A DNA stretch of 64,000 nt from a virus: IMG/VR virus record IMGVR_UViG_3300033549_000069, positions 24,828 to 88,827 of that record; one strand, written 5' to 3'. Position 1 is the stretch's first letter. The number at the start of each line of letters is the position of its first letter. The notes under the pieces are model-generated. The model did not search any database and was not told the origin of the DNA. It saw only the letters and a program-made list of their open reading frames with translations. Position numbers and translations under genes: made by a program. Shown here piece after piece: positions 8,676 to 19,700 of the stretch.

Positions 8676-9098
8676 TTAGCCCAACCGCTTCGTCAGCGGT
8701 CCCACTTCGCCCGTTAAAAATAGCACGTCTGTCGCCACCGGAATACCAAAACGCTGCACGATTATGCCCTCACCGGTATCAGGAACTGGCAGAATGACCG
8801 TTGGTCGCCCGTCTATCCCCACCCAGTAATTCGTCGCAAACAGTAGCCCCGCGTACACCCCGCGCACGCTGCCCGCCCGCTGCATGATCCCCGTCGTCGG
8901 CGTCACCTTGCGCAGGAGCACCCCGATCCCAGGCATCTTGGTCACGTCCGTCGGATCCGCCCGCTGCACACGCCAGCGCCCCGTCACCGTCGCCGTGTCC
9001 CGTAACGCCACCACGTCCCCCACAGCGTCGGTCGAGAGACACGCCACATGAACGGTCTCGGAGCTAGCGCCAAACCCAAAGCGAGCAACTGCAACCAC
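8676..9098 (-). CDS. putative decoration/cement-like protein
   Basis: VGDVV...ADPTD..KMP.IGVL...G...G......YWVG.DG pattern, similar to the C-terminus of 6766..8154. Confidence 0.5.
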   Translation of the reverse strand: MVAVARFGFGASSETVHVACLSTDAVGDVVALRDTATVTGRWRVQRADPTDVTKMPGIGVLLRKVTPTTGIMQRAGSVRGVYAGLLFATNYWVGIDGRPTVILPVPDTGEGIIVQRFGIPVATDVLFLTGEVGPLTKRLG

Positions 9099-9155
9099 GA
9101 GGCCCTCTTCCTGCCCGACCGCGACGCCTGGTCCCGGTCCAGCGGTGCGTCACCA

Positions 9156-9401
9156 TCATCCGTGACCAGTCTCCTCGTCTACACGCGCCCGAAGCAGCTT
9201 GATCGCCGCACCTAACGCCTCGGCCGGCGCGACGTTCAACTCCTTCGCCAACTGCAAAACAGCATCCCACGTCGCCTGCGGGAAGATCACCATGACCAGC
9301 GCGTCATCCATCGTGAGCGCCTGTGCGTCCGGCGATATTGGAGGCGTAGACGAACCTGGGTTCGCGTGCGATGCATGCGTCGGCTGTGCCTTGATGCCCA
9401 T
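9156..9401 (-). CDS. small protein with possible ribbon-helix-helix C-terminus
   Basis: LVMVIFPQATWDAVLQLAKELNVAPAEALGAAIKLL beta-alpha-alpha pattern. Confidence 0.45.
   Translation of the reverse strand: MGIKAQPTHASHANPGSSTPPISPDAQALTMDDALVMVIFPQATWDAVLQLAKELNVAPAEALGAAIKLLRARVDEETGHG
9348..9367. repeat. 20-bp palindromic motif, copy 3 (inside CDS)
   Basis: agacgaacctgggttcgcgt. Confidence 0.85.
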
Positions 9402-10231
9402 CAGGTCGTCCCCTTCGTGTCAATCTTGTTGAGCACTCCTCCAGCGCCCGTCCAGGGCTCCTTGGCACTCTTGGCATTGCCCGCCGTGTAGGCGTTTACA
9501 TTGTAGCCGATGTCCGGTATGCGGTGCTTGTACCCATTGATGGCCGCGTCCTTGCCAATCCCCCTCCACATCACGCCAACATCAGCCTTCTGGACGATCT
9601 GCTTGAACGTGAGCGCCACCGTAGCATTGCGCGGCTTCCCATTTGGAAACAACAGATTATAGGTCACATCACATCCCGTCATCACGGCCATGATGGTGTG
9701 GCTTCCCAACTCGTTCAGACCAACTCCAGGCACGCACAGCATAGCCACCGGAGGTGAATACGAAACCGTGCTACCGGACACATTGTCCACAGCGTAGCTC
9801 GGGTAGCAGAACGCTCGCAGGTAGCGGATTTCAGATTCGATATCCACGTTGTGCGGACGCATGTCCTTCAGATACTGCTGGCCCGGCGTCGTCAGCCCAA
9901 TCGGGTCCATAATCTTCTCAAAGATGGTGCGGTCGTCCACCGGCTTCATGAAGCGGTGCAGCCTAACCTCGAAACTGATCGTGCGACCGTTGTTACTTCC
10001 CCATTGCGCCAGCGCATGCGAGCCGCCCGGAATGTCCTTGAACTGCCACCCGATCTCGATGCTGTCCTGGATGCTCTCCGGCCAGAACTGAAACGTCCGC
10101 TCCGGCAAAATCACCGTGCTGCCCTTTGGGTCAGTCGAATCGATCCCCAAGATCGACATGCTCGCGCTGTCCGCGCCCTCCGGCCCGTTCATGATCGCCT
10201 CAGTGAGCTTGCCGATGAACCCGAACGCCAT
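9401..10231 (-). CDS. contractile injection system tube-like (CIS_tube / tail tube initiator) protein
   Basis: FQFWPESIQDS...W....IPGGSHALAQW....GRTISFEV...NGKPRNATVALTFKQ. Confidence 0.65.
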   Translation of the reverse strand: MAFGFIGKLTEAIMNGPEGADSASMSILGIDSTDPKGSTVILPERTFQFWPESIQDSIEIGWQFKDIPGGSHALAQWGSNNGRTISFEVRLHRFMKPVDDRTIFEKIMDPIGLTTPGQQYLKDMRPHNVDIESEIRYLRAFCYPSYAVDNVSGSTVSYSPPVAMLCVPGVGLNELGSHTIMAVMTGCDVTYNLLFPNGKPRNATVALTFKQIVQKADVGVMWRGIGKDAAINGYKHRIPDIGYNVNAYTAGNAKSAKEPWTGAGGVLNKIDTKGTT

Positions 10232-10246
10232 TCTGACCTCCTGTTT

Positions 10247-12667
10247 CTACCCCAGCGTGCTACGTGTCACTCGGAATGTCCACCGAACGTCACCGTAGGT
10301 TACGCTCCCATCCGCGCTAGCCTTCAACCGCAAATCATGATCCGCAGGCGAGCTAGCCACCGAATCCGTGACATCCACATCTTCCCAGCCTGCCACCGGA
10401 TACCAAGTGTCTGGATCGGCGTACCCACTCTGCACAGAACCAGTATTCACGGCAGGAACCAACGCCACGTCGGCCGGTAACATATGCGCCCAGATCTCCT
10501 GCGTCTTTCCAACCGCCAACAAATCCCCACGCTGCTCCAACGTCACACGCACCACGTCACGAGCAGACATCCCAGCAAACTCGCCAACGATGTCCCACGT
10601 TCTCGTCACACCGCCATGAATTCCACCCATGAACACCGACCACTCAGTGGTGACAACCCACTCGGCCACGCGCACATGGATCGGCAAAAGCTGGTCGAGA
10701 ATCTTTCCCTTGAGACGATCTACAGCCGCCTGCATCGCCGCGTCCGTCTCGTAATGCGCGTAGGCCGGGAACGTCCCGTCTGGTGCTTCCCACGGCTCGA
10801 TTCTCACGCGCACTCGATAGCTCGGGCACCAACAACAACTAATCGACATTCCAGGCGCGTAGCGCACCGCCACGTCACCGCCTACCACGGGACCAGGAAG
10901 CGGATCCCCAGACCCGTCCAGCCCAACGCCGATGATGATCGTCCAAAGGCCGATGTCCTCTTCCGGTGTCGATCCCGCCACGTCAAACGTCCACGGAATC
11001 TCCTCTCGGTCGATCCAAAAAACTGGGTCCGACAACAGCGGTGGCTCAGACTCCGACGCGTCGTACTCCGTAAGCCCAAAGGCCGTCTTGCGAAAGTTGA
11101 AGGCGTCCGCCTGGCAGCGCAACATCCTAACAACCACGCGATGGCCACCTGGCAATCCCATCGCCAACGCCTCGGCCGCCGTCAATGGCGTACTGCTATC
11201 CACCGTGGCCGCGCCACGTAAAGCCGGATTCGTAGACGACACAGGCCCTTCATACCCCTGCGTCACGTCCACCGCATAGGCCAACGCCGGAGACATGCCA
11301 CTCATGAAGGAATCAGACTGATACAGCAACGCGCGGTCCAGCAGTGTCACCCAATCCGCCGCGTCAGGATCGTAGTATTCCTCGTCCGCCACGATGTCGT
11401 CAAAGGTCAGCATGACCGGGGTCAAATCCGAATAAAACAGACCGCCATACTCAAACCTGTGCTCCTCTGGCAGCGCCAGGATCAAGTCGGCATCGCAGAC
11501 GTGCCACAAGGATTGCACCTCGACCTTGAACAGGCTGATTTCTCCACGAATTCGATACGCTTCTTGCGCGCCTTTCACACCGTAATATTGGTGCAAATGC
11601 GCAATCGCCACCCGCTGCCTGTCCTCGGGATCGTTCCTGTCGTTCTCAAAGCCGTAGTCCTTGGCAAGCACGTCCAACACGCGAGGAGGAAGAAACCTCA
11701 AGTAAACCCCTCGCGCCTGCCAGAACGCCCGAATGACACCCTGTATGTGCGACGCCAAAACAAGAGACGACAAATCAATGGCCACAGTGCCGCCGAAGTA
11801 GTCCACCGTACCAAGCGGATTCACAAGATCCAGCGATCCAGGAACCAACGGATCCTCGCGGTACAACACCCCGGTCTCAAGCGTCGCAGGCGCATCAGGC
11901 TTGTCGTACAGCCTCAAAACAGTCGGAGTCGGCACGTCCAGCACTACACACGCGCCAGCCACCGTGCCGTCCCCCTGCTCAAACCGCGTGTGAAGCCCAG
12001 GGATGGCCACAGATGGCGTCCCAGTTCCGTCCCCTAACCCCACAGGCACACCCGGCATCGTTGGGCCATACACGAGCCAGCCAGCGGGCAAGGACATCGG
12101 CAACGTCAGGTCTCCACCCTCCACCCATACCTCGTTCCCAAGGGACCGATCCACGTCGTACAGATCTCCCGCGTCGAAGTTGCGAGCCCGCACCATCGCC
12201 ACCGCGTACTCGGTCGGATCCTCTGTCCCAGTCGCCTCGTCCACAGTCGGAATGATGGACTTCCACCATCTGGCAATCCGCTGTATCGGCTCGTATGGAT
12301 CCCACGGATATCGCTCCAACGGTCCCGGCATGGAAGGATTCTCCGCGCCCGGACTCTCCGACGGATCTCGCTCTCCGATCAAACGCGTCACCGCCCCTCG
12401 TACCGGGTCCGTGTAGCGCTCTGCCGCCGTGACGTAAAACCACTCTTCTTGGTTTTCTTCCGCCCTGGCATCAAATGGATCTCGCTGAAACGGGAGCGCC
12501 GCGATCTGCGCTATGAACGACTCCAATGTGTCCCCATACGCCTGCAAGAGTCGCTGGAGGTATCCGTTCACGTCGAGGTTGCGATGCTGTACCGGGACGT
12601 TCTCCCACAGCACGCGCCGCCCCCAGTACCCCCTGCCGAAGAAGCCGCTGCCGGACTCGTCCGTCAT
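10247..12667 (-). CDS. baseplate wedge protein (P2 gpI / tail protein I-like)
   Basis: LQRLLQAYG..LE, LDVLAKDYGF...PEDRQRVAIAHLHQYYGVKGA and LLPIHV motifs. Confidence 0.7.
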   Translation of the reverse strand: MTDESGSGFFGRGYWGRRVLWENVPVQHRNLDVNGYLQRLLQAYGDTLESFIAQIAALPFQRDPFDARAEENQEEWFYVTAAERYTDPVRGAVTRLIGERDPSESPGAENPSMPGPLERYPWDPYEPIQRIARWWKSIIPTVDEATGTEDPTEYAVAMVRARNFDAGDLYDVDRSLGNEVWVEGGDLTLPMSLPAGWLVYGPTMPGVPVGLGDGTGTPSVAIPGLHTRFEQGDGTVAGACVVLDVPTPTVLRLYDKPDAPATLETGVLYREDPLVPGSLDLVNPLGTVDYFGGTVAIDLSSLVLASHIQGVIRAFWQARGVYLRFLPPRVLDVLAKDYGFENDRNDPEDRQRVAIAHLHQYYGVKGAQEAYRIRGEISLFKVEVQSLWHVCDADLILALPEEHRFEYGGLFYSDLTPVMLTFDDIVADEEYYDPDAADWVTLLDRALLYQSDSFMSGMSPALAYAVDVTQGYEGPVSSTNPALRGAATVDSSTPLTAAEALAMGLPGGHRVVVRMLRCQADAFNFRKTAFGLTEYDASESEPPLLSDPVFWIDREEIPWTFDVAGSTPEEDIGLWTIIIGVGLDGSGDPLPGPVVGGDVAVRYAPGMSISCCWCPSYRVRVRIEPWEAPDGTFPAYAHYETDAAMQAAVDRLKGKILDQLLPIHVRVAEWVVTTEWSVFMGGIHGGVTRTWDIVGEFAGMSARDVVRVTLEQRGDLLAVGKTQEIWAHMLPADVALVPAVNTGSVQSGYADPDTWYPVAGWEDVDVTDSVASSPADHDLRLKASADGSVTYGDVRWTFRVTRSTLG

Positions 12668-12681
12668 GTCACGTCCCTTGC

Positions 12682-12701
12682 ACGCGAACCCAGGTTCGCC
12701 T
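12682..12701. repeat. 20-bp palindromic motif, copy 4 (opposite orientation)
   Basis: acgcgaacccaggttcgcct between a stop codon and the next RBS. Confidence 0.9.
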
Positions 12702-13074
12702 ACTCGTCGCCTTCCAACGCCTGTGATCCCGTCATCGCCTCGACAACCTCGTCACCAACAGGCCATGTGACGGCCCCGTCATACATGCCGCTGGGGATGG
12801 ATTCCAGCGTCACCCCGTCGACTAACTGTCCAGCGGCGACCAGCTTCTGGTGCAAGGCACGGATCCACGACTGCATCTGCCCCGCCCGACCCACCTGTGT
12901 GATCGGACCCGTCGAGAGGTGCCCCTGCAACGTCCCCTTCTGGCACGCCGGACATCGAGGGAAGATCACCATGCGCTGCCCCGCCCGCAGATCCGCCAAA
13001 GCATAACTGTTCGCCGTGCTGCACAGCACACAGGTGGCGATAACGTGTTGCTCCGAAATGCGCTTCAATCCCAT
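12700..13074 (-). CDS. zinc-finger hypothetical protein
   Basis: Start MGLKRI at 13074 with RBS; CVLC...CPAC. Confidence 0.65.
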   Translation of the reverse strand: MGLKRISEQHVIATCVLCSTANSYALADLRAGQRMVIFPRCPACQKGTLQGHLSTGPITQVGRAGQMQSWIRALHQKLVAAGQLVDGVTLESIPSGMYDGAVTWPVGDEVVEAMTGSQALEGDE

Positions 13075-13084
13075 GTTTCCCTCG

Positions 13085-15193
13085 TCAATCGTTGTAGATG
13101 TACAATCTCCCATAGGCTGTACTTGAGAGCGAAGCATCAAACGCAGCCGCCCCTGATATGTACGCCCCAATCTCATCGGCCAGTACGACCATGGGATTGA
13201 CGACCCATGTCCCAGTGGACCCCTCGGGCGGGTCTTCGATCACGGTGAAGTTCGGCGTCGTCGTCAAGTACGCATGATAGTTCACACATATGTACCCGAA
13301 CGCTGACATCAATGGAGGATGCGGTTCCGGATATGGGGGAATGCACACCATCCACCGGCAGATGTCCACGTACTCTCCGACTGCGACCATGGGCACGAAC
13401 GTCCGCGTCGCATAGCCCGGGATCGATGACGGGGGCTGCGCGCCCTGCCGAAAGACCGAATCCCACTCCGCCGTCGTCCACCCCGATCCGAAGTTGGCAT
13501 TGAACTTCTTCCGAATCGCAAACACGGGATTGCTACCCGTGAGGTACACACCCACCGCCAGCGCATCTTTCGTATTGTCGTCTTCGTACCATTTGGAGGG
13601 CGACCCGGACACCCACTCTGCATTGAACGTCAGCCAGAACGAATGGTCGCCGTAGTACAGGCGCATCTTCGCATCCGTGCCAACGGATTCAAACAGGCGG
13701 CAGTAGGCGTCCAGCCCGACAGATCCCGGCTGATTCCCCGCAATGTAGCTCTGATGATTGGTGAGCAACAGGGGCGAGCTGTCCAGGGTGATCCCCAGGG
13801 TCACACTGAGGAGCTGCACCAGCAGCGCAGGCATCGTGAACAGCGGCACCCCAAAGAAATCCGTCGTGTACAGCCCCGCCGTCCAGTCGGTCACGATGTT
13901 CCAAGCGCGCGTGGCCCCCGCCACCGCCGGACTCGACAGCAGCTCCGGCCCCGCCCCCAGGTTCCCGTGCAGGCGCAGCAGGACCATCGTATCCCCCGGG
14001 CTGACCAGCGCTCGTACCGCGTTGCCCCCTGAGATGTACCCGCCCACGATGACCGCAAAGCCCAGGTTGGTGCCCCAGTAGATGCTGATCGTCGTGCCCG
14101 TTACCAGAGCGTCGCTGGCGATGTTGTGCGACCTCCACAGCAACACAGGATTTGCTGGAGCACTCTCGGGTGCCAGCTCACTGATGCGCTCATTGACAGC
14201 CGTCAGCAACGCCTCGATCTGCGACTGCACCGTCCCACTGGTCAATGCCGTCGGTGACCCCGCCTTCGCCCGCGCTGCCACATAGGCCGCATGATCGTGC
14301 GGCATCCAGTCCGCCTTGATCTGGTCGTCCAGTACGAGGTCGCGCATCGTCCCTCGCGTCCAGTACCGCACATAACACATCGGAGGAGTTGGATCCGTCG
14401 TCTGCGAGACGTCCAGCTCGATCCAAGGATCTTCAATAAACCCCTCGGAATCGGACGCGATCCCAACCGATAGGCCGCTGTCCGCCCACACGTTCTTAAC
14501 CCAGATCAGCGCCCCGTCGTCCCCTGCATAGGCCCAACGGGTCAGACCCAATCCGCCCAGCAGATTGATATAGAAATCCCGCGTCGCCCAGTTGGCCGTG
14601 CCAGCAGGCAGATACACCTTGCCCGAGAGTTGGAACTTGTTGGTGGAGACCGACTTCGTCACGGCCTTCGCGATCAATAGCGGCCGATCCACATGCGCCA
14701 CCGTGCGGTACGTGGTGGACCAGTCGATGTAGCTGGTCAGAATACTCATCACCCCGTTCGGCATGTTGATGCGAGCGATCTTCACCGCATTCGCGCTGGT
14801 CGGAGCCGTAGTCGTCACGTAGAACTTGCCAGTGGTCGCCGCCCCCACGCTGTAAGAACAGTCCAGCCAGACGTACCAAGTCTGCGCACTCGGCAACGTT
14901 CCTCCAGGCCCGGAGAACTGCGGTGCCATATCGACCAGCACGTCCGCGCCGTACAGTATCGACAACGCCGTCCCCGTGGCCTTGTCCACCCACAAGAAAG
15001 AATTGTCCTGCTCGCCCTCCGCCGTAATACGGAACGACGTGCTGATCGGGTCCGTCTCCCGTGCGTACCCGCCCCTGTACGCCCCCGGATCCAACACCGC
15101 CAACGCCTTGTTGGTGCCGTCCGTCACATAGGGCTCGCGCCACCGCAGCTTCAGTTGATTCTCGGGAATGGAGATTTCCTTGAGGGTCGTCAT
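13085..15193 (-). CDS. baseplate-proximal tail fibre-like protein
   Basis: 702 aa, downstream of the fibre genes and upstream of the wedge; beta-rich. Confidence 0.55.
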   Translation of the reverse strand: MTTLKEISIPENQLKLRWREPYVTDGTNKALAVLDPGAYRGGYARETDPISTSFRITAEGEQDNSFLWVDKATGTALSILYGADVLVDMAPQFSGPGGTLPSAQTWYVWLDCSYSVGAATTGKFYVTTTAPTSANAVKIARINMPNGVMSILTSYIDWSTTYRTVAHVDRPLLIAKAVTKSVSTNKFQLSGKVYLPAGTANWATRDFYINLLGGLGLTRWAYAGDDGALIWVKNVWADSGLSVGIASDSEGFIEDPWIELDVSQTTDPTPPMCYVRYWTRGTMRDLVLDDQIKADWMPHDHAAYVAARAKAGSPTALTSGTVQSQIEALLTAVNERISELAPESAPANPVLLWRSHNIASDALVTGTTISIYWGTNLGFAVIVGGYISGGNAVRALVSPGDTMVLLRLHGNLGAGPELLSSPAVAGATRAWNIVTDWTAGLYTTDFFGVPLFTMPALLVQLLSVTLGITLDSSPLLLTNHQSYIAGNQPGSVGLDAYCRLFESVGTDAKMRLYYGDHSFWLTFNAEWVSGSPSKWYEDDNTKDALAVGVYLTGSNPVFAIRKKFNANFGSGWTTAEWDSVFRQGAQPPSSIPGYATRTFVPMVAVGEYVDICRWMVCIPPYPEPHPPLMSAFGYICVNYHAYLTTTPNFTVIEDPPEGSTGTWVVNPMVVLADEIGAYISGAAAFDASLSSTAYGRLYIYND

Positions 15194-15235
15194 GTGTCCC
15201 TATTCCTTCCGCGTACAGGGTAATCGACCCCAGGA

Positions 15236-15559
15236 CTACTCCTTGGGTTCGAGCTTATCCACAACAAGACGCTTGAATACAGCGCGCCCCTGCGATGCTA
15301 CCAGCCCCGACCATAGCCCCACAAGGACGTTGGTTCCCCAGCCCTTGGACAACGCCACATCCGCCGGTAACACCCCCGGCAAAAACGCCATCCCAACGCC
15401 CATGGCCAACGGAAAAAGTGGAAGGAGACGACGCCACCAACGAGCATTGACTAACTTGCTACGCCGAAACGGAATCTGGCCAAGGAAATAGATCAACGCT
15501 ACCGTCGCCGCCGCAATGGCCAACACCTGTGGCGTAATCAGAATGCTCACTAAATCCAT
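15236..15559 (-). CDS. putative holin
   Basis: 107 aa, 2-3 hydrophobic helices separated by a basic loop (RRSKLVNARWWRR), charged C-terminus. Confidence 0.6.
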   Translation of the reverse strand: MDLVSILITPQVLAIAAATVALIYFLGQIPFRRSKLVNARWWRRLLPLFPLAMGVGMAFLPGVLPADVALSKGWGTNVLVGLWSGLVASQGRAVFKRLVVDKLEPKE

Positions 15560-15584
15560 GGCGTCGCCTCCTCTTTGGTTTGCG

Positions 15585-16082
15585 CTACTCCTCCAAAATG
15601 CCCATCTTGAACAGCACGCGCATCTGCGCGCCGTCCATGTCGCCGTCCTTCAAACGCTCCACCTTGAGCTTGTACGGCTCGAAGTCGATCTCTTCAGCCA
15701 GTAGTGCCGTCTCTTTTTCCTTCAGTTCCTTCTCGTCCGAGAGGGCCTGCGCATGCTCCTCAGACGCACGCAACACATCCACCGCCGCCGAGTACCCTGC
15801 CGTGTCCGCCAACCGCATCATCACACGGTCGTTGGCAATCTCAGTCTTCGGCTTGCCGTCCGCGTTCTTCTCAGCATGCGCCTCCGCCGCCTTCTGGATA
15901 GCCTCATTCAACGCCTTCATCGCAGGCGTGCTCTCCAGCATCTTGCGCACGTCCGCCAACGGCTTCTCCAGCTTCTCCCTGTTGCGGGCCATGGCCCATG
16001 CCACCGGAACGTTCTTCACCTTCTCGACCTGCGCCATCACCGCGTCACCCTCGAAACACAACTCGTTCTTCAACTTTATCAT
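15585..16082 (-). CDS. hypothetical helical protein
   Basis: 165-aa ORF in operon. Confidence 0.7.
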   Translation of the reverse strand: MIKLKNELCFEGDAVMAQVEKVKNVPVAWAMARNREKLEKPLADVRKMLESTPAMKALNEAIQKAAEAHAEKNADGKPKTEIANDRVMMRLADTAGYSAAVDVLRASEEHAQALSDEKELKEKETALLAEEIDFEPYKLKVERLKDGDMDGAQMRVLFKMGILEE

Positions 16083-16128
16083 CTCATCCTTTCAACGTGC
16101 ATCATGCACCAACGTCCGACCCCCCATT

Positions 16129-16383
16129 TCAAGAGGCCGGTATTTCAGCGATCTCCGACTCCACAACCGCCGCCTGATCATCCAACGCCGTCAAACTTGC
16201 CTGCAACCGAGGCTTTATGGTGCCATGGGCATACGCCGTCGCCACCGCCCTACGGTCTGCCTCATCTGCCCCAAACACCAACGTGTCGATGTCCTGTGAC
16301 GTCACTGGCTGGCTCGACATACCTCCGTAATACCCGCGCAAAATCTCATGCGCCCACTTCTTCTCGTTTGCACTCCACGACAT
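16129..16383 (-). CDS. small protein, paralog of 16443..16691 (possible fibre assembly factor)
   Basis: MSWSANEKKWA...DIDTLVFGADEADRRAVATAYA... Confidence 0.7.
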   Translation of the reverse strand: MSWSANEKKWAHEILRGYYGGMSSQPVTSQDIDTLVFGADEADRRAVATAYAHGTIKPRLQASLTALDDQAAVVESEIAEIPAS

Positions 16384-16442
16384 AGATCACCTCCAACATC
16401 TTGCGCCACGTTAGCACGCTGCCGCGCATCTAGGCCACGTTT

Positions 16443-16691
16443 TCAATCGACCGGAATGTCCGCCACCTCGGCGTCCAGGCCGTCGATTTCGGAATTCAAT
16501 GTCGCCTTTCGCGCCAACCGCTTAACCTTGATAACATCCTTCGCGTACTGTACCGCGACGGCCTGCCGCTCCGCATCCGTATCCCCGAACAAGAGCGTCT
16601 CGATGTCCAACTCGGACACGGACTCTCCTGCATAAAAATGATCCCTTGCCATCTCCTTGGCCCAACGCTTCTGCTTGTCACTCCACGCCAT
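16443..16691 (-). CDS. small protein, paralog of 16129..16383
   Basis: MAWSDKQKRWA...DIETLLFGDTDAERQAVAVQYA...; directly downstream of the S74 fibre. Confidence 0.7.
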   Translation of the reverse strand: MAWSDKQKRWAKEMARDHFYAGESVSELDIETLLFGDTDAERQAVAVQYAKDVIKVKRLARKATLNSEIDGLDAEVADIPVD

Positions 16692-16700
16692 GATCTCCTC

Positions 16701-19700
16701 CTATGGTAACAGCTCGGCCCGTAATCGTTGCACCTCGCCCCGCAGATCCTTGACCGCCTTGAGCAGCACAGGAACGAGCCGGTCGTAATTCACGCTGTCC
16801 GGTAGCCCCTCCCAATCGTATCCGACGATGTCCCGGTTCACGCCCTCGACCTCTTCCGCGATCAAGCCGTACTGCTTCACCCCAGGCGTAGACCGATAGC
16901 AGAAGTTCACCGGATGCAGCCGGTCGATCCACCCCACGTCCTCCATGTCCACGACGTCCTGCTTCGTGCGCAAGGAGGACGAAATCGTTCCGATGAGCCC
17001 CGTACTGTCCACGTAGGCCGCTCGATTCGTGCCGCCCACCGCCTTCGCATAGGCCGTGTTGCTATAGATGTCCCCGCGCAAGTAAATCTTCGTGACGTCT
17101 GTATGGCCAATGGTTGCCGTATTGCTTCCATTTCCAATGGCGTTTGCCCCAATGACAATCTCGTTTGTATTTCCATCTGCACTAGCTCTCGATAACGACC
17201 CAATGAAAATTGACGCGGTTGCCGTTGTAAGACTAGACGTTCCAGAACCATAGTACCGTCCAGTCCTATATCCAATCGCTATATTCTGCGATCCAGTCGT
17301 GAGGTTATACAGCGACATGGCCCCTATTGAAGTGTTTTGATCTCCATACTGCTGTGACATCAACGCAGCCTGTCCAACTGCCACTCCGTTACTGCCAGAA
17401 AGCATATTATGTGCAGACTGATGCCCAATAGCTACGAAAGCGTCGCAATTTACAGAGCTTGACATCGCATAAGCTCCACATGCGACATTATAAGATCCAA
17501 CGACTTGATTTCGCATCGACTGTGAGCCAATCGCCACACTGGATGTTAGTCTTGTGGCTCTAGCCATAGCAGAAGATCCAATCGCAGTGTTTCCATTCCC
17601 AGTTGATAATTCTCCTAACGTGTAATACCCAAATCCACAATTCTCCTGCGTACTGCCAGAAAGATTGTTCATCACATTGTCGCCAATGCCGAAATTCGTC
17701 AGGGCATTGGATCTGAACTGTATCCCTCCACCGTCCGCAGTATCAAACCTTGCTGTCGCTCGTCCCTCAGTAATCTCCATGACAGAGACGTCATCAATAG
17801 TAATCGTACCACTAGACAGCCTATCAATCACCTCAAATACCAAGTTTGACGATCCTGTTACAGTTGAAAGCAAATGCACTGTCCACAAAATGGATGAAGT
17901 CGTAATGTTCATAAAACCAGTGGCCACAGTCGTATTACCACCTAAAGAGATACGCACGCCACCGTTCAATGTTGCAGAGTTCGTCTGTCTCCAAGTGATC
18001 TGGTATCTTCTTCCGTTCGTAACCGTGATCGCCTGATACAAACTGCCTTCGACAGATCCACTCAGAGTACAAATAACATTATTGGTGCCATATGCCCATC
18101 CTGTGCCCAGCGTCCAACCCGTAGCCGATCCCGTAAAGCTACCGTTTGTTACCAACTCGCTACCCATGACAGGATCGTTTGTCTCTGACTGTACATGCAA
18201 CGTAGCCTGTGGAGTTAACGACGTATATCCAACCGCCAATCTCTTATTGGTATTTTCCCACCTGAATCCCAAATGACTAAAGAAGGATATGGCATCGTTG
18301 TACAACTGTACGTATCCGTAACTACCATTTGGAGAAGCTCCAGCAGCAGCCCACGTACATGTTCCACTTCCGTTCGTCTTGAGGAAATACCCGTTCGTGC
18401 CTCCGGTCGTCGGCAACGTCATCGTCCACGTCCCAGCCGCCGCAACCGTCGTCACCGTTACCAGTCCACTCGTCGCCCCGGCCAAACCCAACATTCCGGT
18501 CTTGGTCGAGCCCGACGCTCCCAACGTCAACAATCCTGTCGATGAGTTATAAAGCAAATAAGGATTAACCTTCGCCGCATTGTATCCAGTGTTGGTAGTC
18601 ACGAAAACTGGGAAACACGTCGTGTCCGTCGTCTCCGCTCCGGTAGATACCCCATCCGCGTTGTAGCTCTGCCAGCCCCACGTACACGTTCCACTTCCGT
18701 TCGTTTTCAAAAACTGACCGTTATCACCGTCGTTTGCAGGCAGCGTCAACGTGTAGCTCGTCACCGTCGCTGGTGCCGCAATGTCCACCGTCCCGGACGT
18801 ACTCCCAGCCAACTGCAACTTCGCCGCCTGTCCCACCTTCCCCAAAATCAGCTTGAAGGTACTACCATCCCAACGGAAGGTATCCATGCCTCCAAAGGCA
18901 CTCGAATTGTTGTATTGCACATAGGTATCACTACCCCCAGGCGACCCGCCACCCGCCGCCGCCCAACTTGTCACACCCGTTCCGTCCGTCTTGAGGAAAT
19001 ATCCGTTGGTGCCATTGGTCGCTGGCAACTCGAAAATCGTACCGCTTCCTGCCACCGCTGCCACACGCACCGTACACGTCCCGCTGGTCAAACCAGCGAT
19101 CTTGATCACGCCCGCCGTCGTGCCCGCCGTGCCCAAGGTGAGCAACGTGTCTGGCGCAACGTTGCCAATGCCCACTGCCCCGGTATCTCGCAGGGAGATC
19201 ACGTTGACCGTGGCCGTCTGCGTGTACGAATTGACGGACTTCAACGCGATGTCCATCTGCGTGTATGGCGAGATTCCGCTCGTATTGTACCTGTGGATGT
19301 TGAAATCAACGCCGCCGTTGTACGACGTCCCCGACGCCACGGGACGCTGCAAGCGCAGCACCGTCTCGGACGTATCGGACATGCCGACGTTGCCCCAAAC
19401 CAGGACGGTCGGCGTATTCCCTACGACATTGCTCTCGACCCAGGTGTTGACCTGCAACTTCGCGTCGGGCGTTGTGGCTCCGATCCCCACGTACCCGTTG
19501 TCGATGATCCGCATGCGCTCGGTCAGCGCGGTCGTGCCCGTAGTCGTCGTGTAGAATTGCAGGCAGGCTCCGCGATTCGTGGCCGACCACAACCCGTATG
19601 CCATGGACTGGATCACGGCACCCCAGCTCGAATTGGACGTATCATAGTACCCTGCGAAGACGATGTTCCCCAGCCGATGCCCCGATGACACCGCTGCCGG

